Positions 29,535 to 43,136 are shown, counted from the stretch's first letter. The stretch: 54,559 nt of DNA from an uncultured SAR86 cluster bacterium (GCA_902629465.1 CACOQX010000004.1:1-54559), one strand, 5' to 3'. Numbers and translations: made by a program. Notes: generated by a model from the letters alone, not told the origin.

Positions 29535-30074
29535 ATGTCAGACCAAAAGTACATTATTCTTGATAGAGATGGCGTTATTAACGTTGATCTCTTTGATTAT
29601 GTTACAAAGCCAGCAGATTTTAAATTCGAGGATGGAAGCCTAGAAGCATTATCTATATTGTCTGACAATAATTTTAAAATTATTGTTGCCACAAATCAGG
29701 CCTGCATTAGCCTTGGGATAGCTTCTAAAGATCAAATTGATAAAGTCAATTCTCACATGAAACAAAAAGTTAGAGAACACGGATCGGATATTATTTATGT
29801 AGAAGTTTGTCCCCATAGACCTGAAGATGGTTGTGAATGCAGAAAACCAAAAACCGGTCTTTTGCTTCAAGCAGAAAAAGCTCTAGGTATTAATCTTAAA
29901 GGAAGTTATTTTGTTGGAGATAAATTTTCTGATGTTCAATGTGCTCTCGCTCATGAGTGCAAACCTTTGTTGGTTAAAACTGGTTACGGAGAGATCACCT
30001 TGAAAAATCACGATACTTCTCAAGCTCAAGTTTTTGAAAATCTATTATCAGCAACAAAATTTATATGCCAATGA
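29535..30074 (+). CDS. gmhB: D-glycero-beta-D-manno-heptose 1,7-bisphosphate phosphatase (HAD)
   Basis: LDRDGVIN, TNQ, CPH...CECRKP, VGD. Confidence 0.9.
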   Translation: MSDQKYIILDRDGVINVDLFDYVTKPADFKFEDGSLEALSILSDNNFKIIVATNQACISLGIASKDQIDKVNSHMKQKVREHGSDIIYVEVCPHRPEDGCECRKPKTGLLLQAEKALGINLKGSYFVGDKFSDVQCALAHECKPLLVKTGYGEITLKNHDTSQAQVFENLLSATKFICQ

Positions 30075-30781
30075 TTTCATACTTAAGATCTTTTCTTTTT
30101 TATGTGATTTTAAGTTTTTCTTTAATCATCATATCTTTAACCTTCCCGGCTTGTATTTTTATTGATAGAAAATTCAGACAAAAAATTATTCTTTCCTGGG
30201 TTGCTTTCTTTCGTTGGTGGATAAGAATTTGTTGCGGAGTGAAGATTGTTTTTAAGGGAAATGTTGATGTCATAAATTCTCCAAGAAAAAAAATTTTTTT
30301 TCCTAACCATCAAGGTTTTATAGAAACTTTGGTTTTGTATGAAAGATTTGTTCCTACTGCAACCATCCTGAAAGATGTTTTGTTATCATGGCCAATTATT
30401 GGCTGGGCTTTGAGATTGCTTAGTTCAATTCCAATTGATAGAGGCAAGGGCTCGGAAGCTGTAAAAAAGATTTTTTCTATGGGTAAGGAATTATTAGATT
30501 CTGGCTTTTCTTTAATCTATTACCCAGAAGGCACTAGAAGAAAACCAGGAGACCTTGGTATCTACAAAAAAACGGGTGCGGAATTAGCTTTGCAAACAGA
30601 TAGTGAAATTATCCCTATTGTCCATAATGCAGGAGAATGTTGGTATGGTGGGGATTTTGTCATAACGCCAGGTGAGGTAATTTTTTTTATTGGAGACCCC
30701 ATTCAACCAACAGAAAATTCATCTGAAACAACAAAAATAGTAAGAGACTGGACGGAAAATAAATATTCGGAACTTTTTTGA
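30065..30781 (+). CDS. plsC: 1-acyl-sn-glycerol-3-phosphate acyltransferase
   Basis: NHQ...E, IDR, YPEGTR, PIVHN; conserved position before gyrB. Confidence 0.85.
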   Translation: MPMISYLRSFLFYVILSFSLIIISLTFPACIFIDRKFRQKIILSWVAFFRWWIRICCGVKIVFKGNVDVINSPRKKIFFPNHQGFIETLVLYERFVPTATILKDVLLSWPIIGWALRLLSSIPIDRGKGSEAVKKIFSMGKELLDSGFSLIYYPEGTRRKPGDLGIYKKTGAELALQTDSEIIPIVHNAGECWYGGDFVITPGEVIFFIGDPIQPTENSSETTKIVRDWTENKYSELF

Positions 30782-30782
30782 G

Positions 30783-33203
<2,421 letters not shown>

Positions 33204-34217
33204 TTATAAATCAATTACAAAATCAAACTCATATTTTTCTAAGTTTTCCAAAGAAGTTATAAATAATTGACAATCAGCATCTTGAAGAAGATTTAGTGCC
33301 AAGTCCAAATTTTTGTCATCAAGCTCAGAAGGCAGGTCGTCAAGCAAGAAAATTGTTTTGTTTGGCCTAAGATCGTTGTAAGCTTTTATAAAAAATAAAT
33401 ATATCAATAAAATCAATATCTTTTGCTCGCCTCTTGATAAAATATTTCCAGAATCTTGTTTATTTATTTTCACGCTTAAATCAGAAGTTTGCGGCCCCAG
33501 AGAGGTAAATCCTCTTGACTGATCCTTAACAAAAGACTCCCTTAACTCCTCTAATAAGTCATCTTTCCAGCCTTTGTCGTAAGTAATTGAGATCTCCTTA
33601 AACTTATCTTTTAGGTTTTCAGGCATAGACAAGGAATCTACAAAAGACGGAAAGCTTTTTAAAAAAGAATCTACAAACTGAAGCTTCTTTTTGGTTAGTT
33701 TCTGTGACAAATCAATAAATACTTTTGTCCAAGATTTAAGCTCAGAAGAAGAGCTTTTTTTCAGCGCCCTATTTCTTTGGGCGAGGGCTTTTTTAAACTT
33801 CAAGTGATCTATTTTGTAGTCGTGTTCCACGTGAAACATTAGGTAATCTATAAATGACCTTCTGTTCTCCTTTGGTGCTTCCAAAAGATTCAAAGAAAAA
33901 TTATTAAGCACCAGGGGCAGAAAGTCGTTTTGAAAATTTACTGATTTAGATTTTACAGAGGATGATAATTCTTTTGTTAAAGAAAATTTTTCTCCATTTA
34001 AGATCGCATCAATATTAAAAAAATTTGATCCAAAATTAATCATTGCATTTGCAGAGGATGTTCTGAAAGACTTTTTAGATAGAATGAAAAAAATCGCCTC
34101 TAAAAAAGAAGACTTCCCTGCCCCATTTTTTCCAAGAATTAAATTCTTTTTTGAAAGATCAAAAGAAGAGTTTTTAAAAGATCTGAAATTGTTTAAATTT
34201 ATTTTTGATAGCAGCAT
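33204..34217 (-). CDS. recF: DNA replication/repair protein RecF (divergent)
   Basis: NFR, GKNGAGKS, SRGEQK, LLDDLPSELD; between dnaN and gyrB. Confidence 0.92.
   Translation of the reverse strand: MLLSKINLNNFRSFKNSSFDLSKKNLILGKNGAGKSSFLEAIFFILSKKSFRTSSANAMINFGSNFFNIDAILNGEKFSLTKELSSSVKSKSVNFQNDFLPLVLNNFSLNLLEAPKENRRSFIDYLMFHVEHDYKIDHLKFKKALAQRNRALKKSSSSELKSWTKVFIDLSQKLTKKKLQFVDSFLKSFPSFVDSLSMPENLKDKFKEISITYDKGWKDDLLEELRESFVKDQSRGFTSLGPQTSDLSVKINKQDSGNILSRGEQKILILLIYLFFIKAYNDLRPNKTIFLLDDLPSELDDKNLDLALNLLQDADCQLFITSLENLEKYEFDFVIDL
33823..33838. promoter_or_regulatory. parS centromere site inside recF
   Basis: TGTTCCACGTGAAACA matches the TGTTNCACGTGAAACA consensus and encodes MFHVEH on the minus strand. 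Confidence 0.88.
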
Positions 34218-34221
34218 TTCA

Positions 34222-35322
34222 TCATAACCTCATCGGCATGATTACGTGTACTAAATCATCACTGGAAGAATTTTTAACTAAGCAGGAATTTTCCGAACCA
34301 AAAAAGACAAATTCAATATCATCACCCGGAAGATAATTTAAAGATTCTTGAACATAATTTATATTGAAGCCTATTTCCAAATCTTGTCCAGAATAATCTA
34401 CATTCAACTCTTCTTCTGCACTTTCTTTGTTTGGATTATTAGCAAGGATTTTTAATTTGTCTTTGCTAAGTTCAAATTTAACACCTCTAAATTTTTCATT
34501 AGAAAGAACTGCTGATCTCGACAGCGCGGTAAGGATGGGAGACTTAGAAGTTGCAAGAGATTGTTCCTCCCCAGAGGGAAAGACTTTTTTATAGTCAGGA
34601 TAGGCTCCTTCAATTAATTTGCTTATAAAAGTAAAATTATCAGATTCAATTTTTAATTGAGAGTTATTTGAAGAGAAAGAAATTTCCTCAGGAAATAAAT
34701 TTAAAATTCTTTGTAACTCTAGAGCAGTAGATCTAGGAATGATTAATTTTTTTTCTTCCAAATCTTCAGAATGTGAATAACATCCCCAAGCAAGTCTGTG
34801 ACCATCAGTAGCAACCATGTTTATTTTCTTTTGAGCAGTTTCAAATAACAACCCATTTAGATAATATCTAACGTCTGCTGATGCCATAGCAAAACTAGTG
34901 CTTTCTAGAACCTTTCCAAATTTATTGCCATCCAAAGCAATATTAAAATTATGGTCTTCTAAGTCCACGAATGGAAAATCCTGAACAGGTAAAACAGCCA
35001 AGTCCGCTTGGAAACTTAATGCTGAGATTTCAAGCTGGTTTTCAATAACTTCAAAATTTAACTCTGTATCATCTGGAACAGACCTTATGAGCTCAAATAG
35101 CTTTCTTGCTGATACAGTAGTTTCTCCATCATCCGCGATCGAGCAATCTGAAACAATAAGAGACAGTTGTCTTTCTAAATCAGTAGCAACAATCGTTAAA
35201 CTTCCATTATTTGTCTTCAATAAAACATTTGAAAGTATAGGAATTGTTTGTCTTTTCTCTGCAATTGACGAACATAATGAAAGTTTGTCCGCCAAAGACT
35301 CTTTTTTTGCTGAAAATTTCAT
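34222..35322 (-). CDS. dnaN: DNA polymerase III beta clamp
   Basis: IPILSNV, ATDGHRL, LIEG.YPDY, IGFN, IMPMRL. Confidence 0.97.
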   Translation of the reverse strand: MKFSAKKESLADKLSLCSSIAEKRQTIPILSNVLLKTNNGSLTIVATDLERQLSLIVSDCSIADDGETTVSARKLFELIRSVPDDTELNFEVIENQLEISALSFQADLAVLPVQDFPFVDLEDHNFNIALDGNKFGKVLESTSFAMASADVRYYLNGLLFETAQKKINMVATDGHRLAWGCYSHSEDLEEKKLIIPRSTALELQRILNLFPEEISFSSNNSQLKIESDNFTFISKLIEGAYPDYKKVFPSGEEQSLATSKSPILTALSRSAVLSNEKFRGVKFELSKDKLKILANNPNKESAEEELNVDYSGQDLEIGFNINYVQESLNYLPGDDIEFVFFGSENSCLVKNSSSDDLVHVIMPMRL

Positions 35323-36650
35323 GCTGTCAAGGTTCTTATTAATTTAGTGTAATCTTCTGCTATATCAGCATCCTCTTCTCTAAGTGCTGTAATTCTTCTG
35401 CATGCGTGCAATACTGTCGTATGATCCCTGCCGCCAAAAGAATCTCCTATTTCCGGCAAACTATGATTAGTTAGCTCTTTTGATAAACACATGGAAACTT
35501 GTCTAGGCCTTGCTAAAGAGCGCGTTCTTTTGCTTGATAAAAGATCAGAAACTCTTATGTTGTAGTAATCAGAAACGGTTTTTTGTATATTTTCTATACT
35601 TATTTGTCTTTGCTGAATAGCAAGTAAATCTTTTAGCGACTCTTTAATCAAATTTACATCAATTTCTCTATTTGTAAATTTTGCATTAGCACCAACTCTT
35701 CTTAAAGCCCCTTCAAGCTCTCTAACATTAGATCTAATTTTTTCAGCAATATAAAAAGCTGAGTCTTCTGAGAGGTTTAAGTCCATTTCTGAAGCCTTAG
35801 TTAGCAAAATTGCAACTCTTGTTTCTAATTCAGGCGGCTCTATGCTTACTGGAAGGCCCCATCCCAGCCTTGATTTGAGCCTCTCTTCTAAACCATCTAT
35901 TTCTTTGGGATATTTATCACAAGTTAGAATCATTTGTTGGCCGCCCTCTAATAAAGTGTTGAAAGTGTGGAAAAGCTCTTCCTGAGATTGTTCTTTGCCA
36001 GCAAAAAATTGAATATCATCAATTAAAAGAGCATCAACAGACCTATAAAAATTTTTAAAATCGTTTATTGACCCTAGTTGCAAGCACTTCACCATATCAC
36101 TTACAAACCTTTCTGAATGAACATAGACAATATTTTTTGACTTTTCCTGCTCTTTAAGCCTATTCCCAACAGCATGCATTAGATGGGTCTTCCCCAGTCC
36201 AACACCTCCATAAATAAAGAGTGGGTTATAAGCTGCATTTTTCGACTCTGAAACCTGTTTTGCAGCTGCAAGAGCTATGTTATTAGATTTACCCTCAACA
36301 AATGTTTCGAAAGTGTAATCGTCATTAAGCGTGTTCTCTTTGTTAAGAAAAAGACTTAAATTTTTATTATTTTCCTTATTAATCAATGGCTTACGCACAG
36401 ATATAAGTTCATATACAATAGGCAAATCTGATAGATCTTCTTTTAGGAGGTGTTTTCTAATGATTTCGTCGTAATTTTCTCTCACATGTTCTTTAATGAA
36501 AGCGTTGGGAGCGAGAATAAAAAGATCCTTGCTTCCTGATGGAGACTTATTTACGGAAAACTCTAAAGGATTAATCCAGGCATTAAATTCTTCCTGAGAC
36601 ATTTCCTTTTGAAGGGCTTTTTTACATTTTTTCCAAGATTTGATCATCAT
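35319..36650 (-). CDS. dnaA: Chromosomal replication initiator; start revised (the track start lies among DnaA boxes)
   Basis: NPLFIYGGVGLGKTHL, IDDIQF, RELEGAL, GGRDHTTV. Confidence 0.98.
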   Translation of the reverse strand: MMIKSWKKCKKALQKEMSQEEFNAWINPLEFSVNKSPSGSKDLFILAPNAFIKEHVRENYDEIIRKHLLKEDLSDLPIVYELISVRKPLINKENNKNLSLFLNKENTLNDDYTFETFVEGKSNNIALAAAKQVSESKNAAYNPLFIYGGVGLGKTHLMHAVGNRLKEQEKSKNIVYVHSERFVSDMVKCLQLGSINDFKNFYRSVDALLIDDIQFFAGKEQSQEELFHTFNTLLEGGQQMILTCDKYPKEIDGLEERLKSRLGWGLPVSIEPPELETRVAILLTKASEMDLNLSEDSAFYIAEKIRSNVRELEGALRRVGANAKFTNREIDVNLIKESLKDLLAIQQRQISIENIQKTVSDYYNIRVSDLLSSKRTRSLARPRQVSMCLSKELTNHSLPEIGDSFGGRDHTTVLHACRRITALREEDADIAEDYTKLIRTLTA

Positions 36651-36673
36651 GATAGATACAAAGATAATATACC

Positions 36674-36790
36674 TTATACACAAAGTTATCCACAGGATAT
36701 GCTATTAATTTTCTGTGGATAACTTGTTAGTTCTTACTTTTTTTTATTTTTTTCTATTTATTTTTTCTTGCTTTTATCTTTTCTATCTAT
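36674..36790. promoter_or_regulatory. DnaA-box cluster / candidate oriC (dnaA-rpmH intergenic)
   Basis: TTATACACA 36674-36682, TTATCCACA 36686-36694, TGTGGATAA 36714-36722, followed by a T-rich tract. Confidence 0.8.
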
Positions 36791-36822
36791 ATTATTCTTT
36801 TGCTCAATCTAATCTTTAAAAA

Positions 36823-36957
36823 ATGAAAAGAACGTATCAACCCAGCAAGATAAAAAGAAAAAGAACTCATGGTTTCAGGGCGAGAAATTCTAGCGTTTCA
36901 GGAAAACAGGTTTTAAAAAGCAGAAGAAATAAGGGAAGAAAGTCTCTTACAGTTTAA
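36823..36957 (+). CDS. rpmH: 50S ribosomal protein L34 (below ORF track cutoff)
   Basis: Hand translation [44 protein letters not shown]. Confidence 0.97.
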   Translation: MKRTYQPSKIKRKRTHGFRARNSSVSGKQVLKSRRNKGRKSLTV

Positions 36958-36958
36958 G

Positions 36959-37315
36959 TTGTCTTATAAGCCTTTAGTGGGAAAGGATGACTTCGACGAA
37001 GTCTTTAATAATTCCAGCCAAAATGTAAGTTCAGAAAATTTTAGAGCTTTAATATTAATAACAAACAACAATTTTAGGCTGGGCATGATTCTTCCTAAAA
37101 AAAATATTAAACTTGCGGTTCACAGAAATTATTTAAAGAGAATTATTAGGAATTTATCTATCGATATCTTTGAGGAATCTAAAGTATCATTAGTTGTGGT
37201 TTCAAAAAAAAGAATTTTAGATTTTAAAAAAGAAAAATTAAGGAAAGAAATAAAGACTCTGCTTTTTAATTTAACTAAGAAATTGAATGAAAAAAATAAT
37301 TATATATTTAATTAA
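36959..37315 (+). CDS. rnpA: Ribonuclease P protein component
   Basis: RLG....[11 protein letters not shown] (RNR-like motif); follows rpmH. Confidence 0.88.
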   Translation: MSYKPLVGKDDFDEVFNNSSQNVSSENFRALILITNNNFRLGMILPKKNIKLAVHRNYLKRIIRNLSIDIFEESKVSLVVVSKKRILDFKKEKLRKEIKTLLFNLTKKLNEKNNYIFN

Positions 37316-37508
37316 ATTTTATCAAATTACATTAAGCCCCTTTTTAGGTTCAAATTGCAGATTTCAGCCGACATGCAGTCAATATATGATAGAAGCTATA
37401 AACCTTCATGGGGTTTTAAAAGGATTAAATTTAGGATTCAAAAGGATTTCTAAGTGTCATCCTTTGGGGTCCAAAGGATATGATCCGGTTCCAGGAAAAA
37501 AAGAATAA
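37287..37508 (+). CDS. yidD: Membrane protein insertion efficiency factor
   Basis: YQ..LSP...[16 protein letters not shown]...GYDPVP. Confidence 0.95.
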   Translation: MKKIIIYLIKFYQITLSPFLGSNCRFQPTCSQYMIEAINLHGVLKGLNLGFKRISKCHPLGSKGYDPVPGKKE

Positions 37509-39148
37509 TGGAAAATTTTCAAAGATATTTTCTAATAGCTTGTGTATTCATTATGAGCTATTTCCTAGTTATTAGATGGGATCCACCGTCTAGCGCGCCA
37601 GTAGTACAAGCAATTAAAAACGAAGTAAGTACTTACTCACCTACAGAAGACTTTGGCTTTATTGATGAAAACATAAAAAATGAGTCTGAAGAATTGATTA
37701 CAAATTCCGTATCAACATCCTGTGCTTCAGACGGAGACTACGAAATAGATTCCAACAATTGGAAAATTTCTCTTGACTTAATAGACGGTTCTTTGAAAAA
37801 AGCTGAATTAAAAAACTATCCAGACGAAATAGGCTCAAATAAAAACAAACTAATGTTTGATGCTTGTGGTAGAAACGAATACTCGCAATTATCTGGATTC
37901 GTATTTGGAAATAATGTTAACCAAGATTTTTCTTCCTTCAAGATTGAAGATATAAAAAGGAGTTCCGATGCAAATAGCTACACGTTTGTGAGAGAGTCTG
38001 CTTCTGTTGAAGAATCAAAGATTATATCTTTTCAACCTGAAAATTATTTTGTAGAAGTTAAACACATCATTAGAAACTTATCTGCAGAAGTTATAAATTC
38101 TTCGTCTTATTCAAAAATAGAAAGAAACTCCCTTAAGCCTCCTGGAACTGAAGGCACATTTTTTGGAGACCCTGCAAACTTTGCTTACCTTGGTCCGGTT
38201 TTTTCTACTGAGTCTGATAATTATCAAAAAATTAATCTGGGAGAGCTAGAAGAAAACGATTTTAAAGAAAATTCTATAAAAGGTTGGACTGCTTTTTTAG
38301 AACACTATTTCATAACCGCTATTATTCCTGACCAAGAAAACATAAATGTTTTTGTTGGGAAAAAAAACAAGACAAACGAGAAGTTTTCGGTTGGAATTGT
38401 TGGAAGGCCAATAAAAATTCAGCCTTTTGAAGAGACCTCTTTCAGTTATTCACTGTATTTTGGTCCAAAAGTTCAGTCAGAGTTATCCAAAGCGAACCAA
38501 GACCTCCCTTTGGCGGTAGATTATGGTTTTTTATACTGGATAGGGCAGCCAATGTTTCTGGCTATGCAATTCTTCTATGATATGGTTGGAAATTGGGGAT
38601 GGGCTATTGTTTTAGTTACTTTGCTAATTAAAGTGATTTTATGGCCGCTATCTTACGTTTCATATAAATCTATGGGCAAAATGAGGCAAATTCAGCCTCA
38701 ACTAAAAGATCTTCAGGAAAGACATTCTGGAGACCGTCAGGCGATGTCACAAGCAATGATGAAGCTTTATAAGGATGAGAAAGTTAATCCGGCGCTTGGA
38801 TGTCTGCCGATGTTGCTTCAAATGCCCTTTTTTCTAGCTTTTTATTGGGTTTTAATTGAAACCGTTGAGCTAAGATATGCTCCTTTTTTGATTTGGATTA
38901 CAGATTTATCATCAAGAGACCCCCTTTTTATACTGCCTATTCTAAATATTGGGGCCATGTGGGCTATGCAAATGCTTCAGCCGCAGCCTGCTGGGATAGA
39001 CCCAATGCAAGCCAGGATATTTAAGTTCATGCCACTAATTTTTGGTGTAATGTTTGCTTTCTTCCCTGCGGGCCTAGTTTTGTATTGGCTCATTAACTCT
39101 CTGGTGTCTGCAATACAAATGCTTATGCATTCTCCTAGAAGTGCTTAG
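37508..39148 (+). CDS. yidC: Membrane protein insertase
   Basis: YFGPK, VDYG, NWGWAI, NP..GCLPMLLQMP, PAGLVLYW. Confidence 0.96.
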   Translation: MENFQRYFLIACVFIMSYFLVIRWDPPSSAPVVQAIKNEVSTYSPTEDFGFIDENIKNESEELITNSVSTSCASDGDYEIDSNNWKISLDLIDGSLKKAELKNYPDEIGSNKNKLMFDACGRNEYSQLSGFVFGNNVNQDFSSFKIEDIKRSSDANSYTFVRESASVEESKIISFQPENYFVEVKHIIRNLSAEVINSSSYSKIERNSLKPPGTEGTFFGDPANFAYLGPVFSTESDNYQKINLGELEENDFKENSIKGWTAFLEHYFITAIIPDQENINVFVGKKNKTNEKFSVGIVGRPIKIQPFEETSFSYSLYFGPKVQSELSKANQDLPLAVDYGFLYWIGQPMFLAMQFFYDMVGNWGWAIVLVTLLIKVILWPLSYVSYKSMGKMRQIQPQLKDLQERHSGDRQAMSQAMMKLYKDEKVNPALGCLPMLLQMPFFLAFYWVLIETVELRYAPFLIWITDLSSRDPLFILPILNIGAMWAMQMLQPQPAGIDPMQARIFKFMPLIFGVMFAFFPAGLVLYWLINSLVSAIQMLMHSPRSA

Positions 39149-40442
39149 TGAAAGAGATACTATAGTAGCTTGTTCAACTCCACCTGGAAGAGGGGCTATT
39201 TCTTTAGTAAGGATGTCAGGCGACAAGGCCTTATCTATTATTCAAAAAATAACAAAAAATAAGCTTAAAAAACAGATATCTGTGGTTAAGTTTCCTTTAA
39301 ATGCTGGTTTAATTGAGAAGTGTGTGCTTACTATCTTTAGGGCTCCTAATTCTTATACAGGGGAAGATATTGTAGAAATTTCAACTCACGGAAATCCTTA
39401 CATTGTGGAAGAAGTGATCAAGAAATGCTTAGATTTAGGGGCAAAAATAGCTAATCCTGGTGAATTTACTTTAAGAGCTTTTTTAAATAACAAACTTTCC
39501 CTTGATCAATCTGAGGCTGTAAAAGAGGTTATAAATGCTAATTCAAAAGCTTCTTTGAAAGCAGCACAGAATAGCCTTGAAGGCGGGCTAAGAGTAAAAA
39601 TATCAGAGGTACAAGATAAGCTGAGAGAGACGCGGGTTCTAGTTGAAACATTAATTGACTTCTCGGATGAAGATGTGAATGTTTATATCGAAGAAGTTAT
39701 AAGTAAAATTAGTGAATTTAAACAGTTTTTCGCTTCATTTAAAGAGGATATGAAGGCATATGGCTCAATTTCTAACGATGTAAAAGTTGTTGTTATTGGA
39801 CCTCCAAATTCAGGGAAATCCACACTAATTAACGCTATAATCGGAAAAAAAATATCTATTGTTAGCGAAAAACAAGGAACTACCAGAGATGTGGTTACTT
39901 CCTCTTGCCTAATTGATGGAATAAGGTTTGTTTTCAATGATACTGCTGGAATTAGAAAAACTAAAGATAAAATCGAAAAAGAAGGCATAAATTTATCAAA
40001 AAAAGCACTTAAAAACGCTGACATCGTGATTTACTTAGCTGATAAAGAAAATGATTTTGATAAATTGCCAATTACAAAGAATAAAAAAAATATTTTTGTA
40101 TTAAACAAGATTGATCTTACTAAAAAGGATGCTCCTGTTGGAGGGTTTGCAATTTCTGCAAAAACGAAAAAAAACCTTAAGTTACTTAAAAAAGCCCTTG
40201 CTCATAATTTTTTGAAACTTAACCAAGAAGAGCTCTTGTCAATAAATATTAGACATTTAGATTTAATAAAAAAAGCATACAAGAATATAGCTTTAATTTC
40301 CCCTGCCTTAGTTAGTTCTAATTTAGAACTAGTGGCTGAAAATTTAAGAAACTGCGATGAGCTTTTGGGAGAGATATATGATCCTATCTCTTCTGACGAT
40401 ATGCTAGGAAAGATATTTAATAAATTTTGCATTGGTAAATAA
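39141..40442 (+). CDS. mnmE: tRNA modification GTPase
   Basis: DTIVA, PNSYTGED, GEFTLRAFLN, GPPNSGKS, GTTRD, DTAG, FCIGK. Confidence 0.96.
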   Translation: MLSERDTIVACSTPPGRGAISLVRMSGDKALSIIQKITKNKLKKQISVVKFPLNAGLIEKCVLTIFRAPNSYTGEDIVEISTHGNPYIVEEVIKKCLDLGAKIANPGEFTLRAFLNNKLSLDQSEAVKEVINANSKASLKAAQNSLEGGLRVKISEVQDKLRETRVLVETLIDFSDEDVNVYIEEVISKISEFKQFFASFKEDMKAYGSISNDVKVVVIGPPNSGKSTLINAIIGKKISIVSEKQGTTRDVVTSSCLIDGIRFVFNDTAGIRKTKDKIEKEGINLSKKALKNADIVIYLADKENDFDKLPITKNKKNIFVLNKIDLTKKDAPVGGFAISAKTKKNLKLLKKALAHNFLKLNQEELLSINIRHLDLIKKAYKNIALISPALVSSNLELVAENLRNCDELLGEIYDPISSDDMLGKIFNKFCIGK

Positions 40443-40445
40443 TGC

Positions 40446-40678
40446 TGTTGATAAGAGTGTATAAATTGTTAAAGGTTTTGAAGCTAATTTTTAAGCTTAT
40501 CTTTACTCACAAGTAATACAGTTTTTTTCTCAAAATATATACAGACTATTTAAGAAGATATCCTTAGCTCCAATGCTTTAAATTACTAACATAGGCAGTT
40601 TATCAACAGAATATGCGCTGCCTTATAACAATAACAATATAAACTAATTAATATAAATAATTTATATAATATTTATTT
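40446..40678. promoter_or_regulatory. Second origin-like region (mnmE-mnmG intergenic): degenerate DnaA boxes plus AT-rich tract
   Basis: TGTTGATAA 40446, AGTGTATAA 40456, TTACTCACA 40503 and TTATCAACA 40600 (one mismatch each), then a nearly pure A/T stretch at 40623-40678. Confidence 0.6.
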
Positions 40679-42532
40679 ATGAGTGTGGATATCATTGTAA
40701 TCGGAGGAGGGCATGCCGGATGTGAAGCTGCCTATGCCGCCTCTAGATTTAAAAAGAAAGTTTTGCTTGTTACTCACGATGTTTCAACAATAGGACAGAT
40801 GTCTTGTAATCCTGCCATTGGGGGCTTAGGTAAAAGCCATCTTGTTCGAGAAATAGATGCTATGGGTGGGCTGATGGGAGTTTGTGCTGATAAAGCAGGT
40901 ATTCACTTCAAGGTCTTGAATGCCTCTAAAGGACCAGCTGTTAGGGCTACCAGATCTCAGTCAGATAGGATTTTGTATAGTAATGCAGTAAAGTCTTTAA
41001 TTGATAGTGAGGACTTACTAACATCTGTATCTGATGAGGTGGTTGATATAGAAGTAAAAAACGGCAAGGCCACTGGGGTAAAGCTAAAAAACGGAGAAAT
41101 AATAAGTGCAAAAAAAATTATTTTAACCGCAGGGACATTTTTAAATGGAAAGTTGTTCACTGGAGAAGACGAAGAAGAAGGGGGAAGAAAGAAATCAAAA
41201 TCATCAAAAATACTTGCAAACTGTTTGAGGTCTTTAGACTTAGGAGATGCAAGATTAAAAACAGGCACCCCTCCCAGGATACTCACATCTTCAATAGATT
41301 TTTCAGCATTAGAAGTTCAACCTGGAGATTCGCCAAGACCATGTATGTCTTTCATAGGCTCGTCTGATATGCACCCTAAACAAATGAATTGCTTTATCAC
41401 ACGTACGAACAAAAAAACCCATGATTTTATAAGATCAGGACTCGATAGATCTCCGATGTTTTCAGGAAGAATTGATGGGGTTGGGCCAAGATATTGTCCT
41501 TCAATAGAAGATAAGATTCATAGATTTGCTGACAAAGAATCACACCAAATATTTATAGAGCCCGAAGGCCTTACATCTGATGAAGTTTATCCAAACGGCA
41601 TATCAACAAGCATGCCAAAAGATATTCAAGAAAAAATGGTTAAAAGCATTTTGGGATTTGAAAAGGCTAAGATCAGTCAATTTGGATATGCTGTTGAATA
41701 TGATTTTTTCGATCCAAGAAACCTTTCTCAAACCTTGGAGACTAAGAGTATCGAAAATCTTTACTTTGCTGGACAAATAAACGGCACTACTGGTTATGAA
41801 GAGGCAGCAGCGCAAGGGTTGGTGGCCGGAATAAATGCTGCGCTGAGTTTAGACGACAAAGATCCTTGGATAGAATCTAGAGGTAACAGTTACATAGGGG
41901 TTTTGGTAGACGATCTAATAACTCTTGGCACAAAAGAACCATACAGGATGTTTACAAGCAGAGCAGAGCACAGGCTTCTTCTCAGGGAAGATAACGCCGA
42001 TCAAAGAATGACTCCTTATGCACATGCATTAGGAATTATAAGTAATGACAGGTGGGATATTTTTCAAAAGAAAATGTCCAGTATAGACGCAGAAACACAA
42101 GAACTAGAAAAAATTAAAATTGACCCTTCTGCATTTGGAGGAAAAAACAAATCAAAACAACATGTTCTTACTGTTTTGAAAAGGCCGGAAGCAAAGTTAG
42201 AGGATATTTACAACTTAATAAAAAGACCGCTTCCAGACAAAGGCGTGCTTTTAGATATAGAGACAACAAAAAAATATGCTGGTTATATTGAAAGACAAAA
42301 CAAAGAAATAAAAAAAATAAAGAAATACGAAAACGCAAAAATTCCAAGAGAGATTATTTTTTCTGAAATAACAGGGCTTTCTAATGAGGTAAAGCAAAAG
42401 TTGGAAAAGGTTTTGCCCAAAACCATAGCTCATGCTCAGAGAATCCCAGGAATTACACCTGCTGCCATTTCTCTTTTATTAGTCCATATCAAAAAAGAAC
42501 AAAGCGTGTTTAAAGAAAAAATTGGATCTTAA
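40679..42532 (+). CDS. mnmG: tRNA uridine 5-carboxymethylaminomethyl modification enzyme
   Basis: [51 protein letters not shown]. Confidence 0.97.
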   Translation: MSVDIIVIGGGHAGCEAAYAASRFKKKVLLVTHDVSTIGQMSCNPAIGGLGKSHLVREIDAMGGLMGVCADKAGIHFKVLNASKGPAVRATRSQSDRILYSNAVKSLIDSEDLLTSVSDEVVDIEVKNGKATGVKLKNGEIISAKKIILTAGTFLNGKLFTGEDEEEGGRKKSKSSKILANCLRSLDLGDARLKTGTPPRILTSSIDFSALEVQPGDSPRPCMSFIGSSDMHPKQMNCFITRTNKKTHDFIRSGLDRSPMFSGRIDGVGPRYCPSIEDKIHRFADKESHQIFIEPEGLTSDEVYPNGISTSMPKDIQEKMVKSILGFEKAKISQFGYAVEYDFFDPRNLSQTLETKSIENLYFAGQINGTTGYEEAAAQGLVAGINAALSLDDKDPWIESRGNSYIGVLVDDLITLGTKEPYRMFTSRAEHRLLLREDNADQRMTPYAHALGIISNDRWDIFQKKMSSIDAETQELEKIKIDPSAFGGKNKSKQHVLTVLKRPEAKLEDIYNLIKRPLPDKGVLLDIETTKKYAGYIERQNKEIKKIKKYENAKIPREIIFSEITGLSNEVKQKLEKVLPKTIAHAQRIPGITPAAISLLLVHIKKEQSVFKEKIGS

Positions 42533-43118
42533 AGACCTGGTTGCTGCATCAACCCTAAATCTAACTGACACTCAAGTCAGTATAGCCGACAAGTATTTGA
42601 ACCAAATTTTGAAATGGAACAAAACACGAAATTTAGTATCCAGAAATTTGAAAAAGAATGATTTAGCAGAGCATTTTCTGGACTGTGCTGTTTTGCAAAA
42701 ACATCTTTTGCCTGGATCGGTAATAGACCTGGGTTCGGGATCGGGTTTTCCAGGAATGTGCCTGGGGATTATAGACCCCAATAGAGATCTAACCCTGTTA
42801 GATTCAAACAGAAAAAAAACTTCCTTTTTAGTAAATGTAAAAAACGAGCTTGGGTTGAATTCAGTCTCGATAAAGAATGCGAGGGTGGAGGAAATTAAAC
42901 AGATAAACGAAATAAATATCGTATGCAGGGCATTTAAAGAGCCGGCTGCCTTGTTAAAAACATTGGAAAACAAAATCTCGAAGAAGAACAAAATAATTTT
43001 AATGGTTTCTGAGAAGAAAACCCTTTCTGCTGCGGGTTTTGATATTGCCTATAAAGAGTCAGAAGCATCTAAAATTCTTGGAAAAAAAAGAGGTTTCTTG
43101 GAAATTCAAATGTCCTAA
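42522..43118 (+). CDS. rsmG: 16S rRNA m7G527 methyltransferase
   Basis: WN...[19 protein letters not shown]; follows mnmG. Confidence 0.92.
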   Translation: MDLKDLVAASTLNLTDTQVSIADKYLNQILKWNKTRNLVSRNLKKNDLAEHFLDCAVLQKHLLPGSVIDLGSGSGFPGMCLGIIDPNRDLTLLDSNRKKTSFLVNVKNELGLNSVSIKNARVEEIKQINEINIVCRAFKEPAALLKTLENKISKKNKIILMVSEKKTLSAAGFDIAYKESEASKILGKKRGFLEIQMS

Positions 43119-43136
43119 AACTGCTATAGTAAGCTT

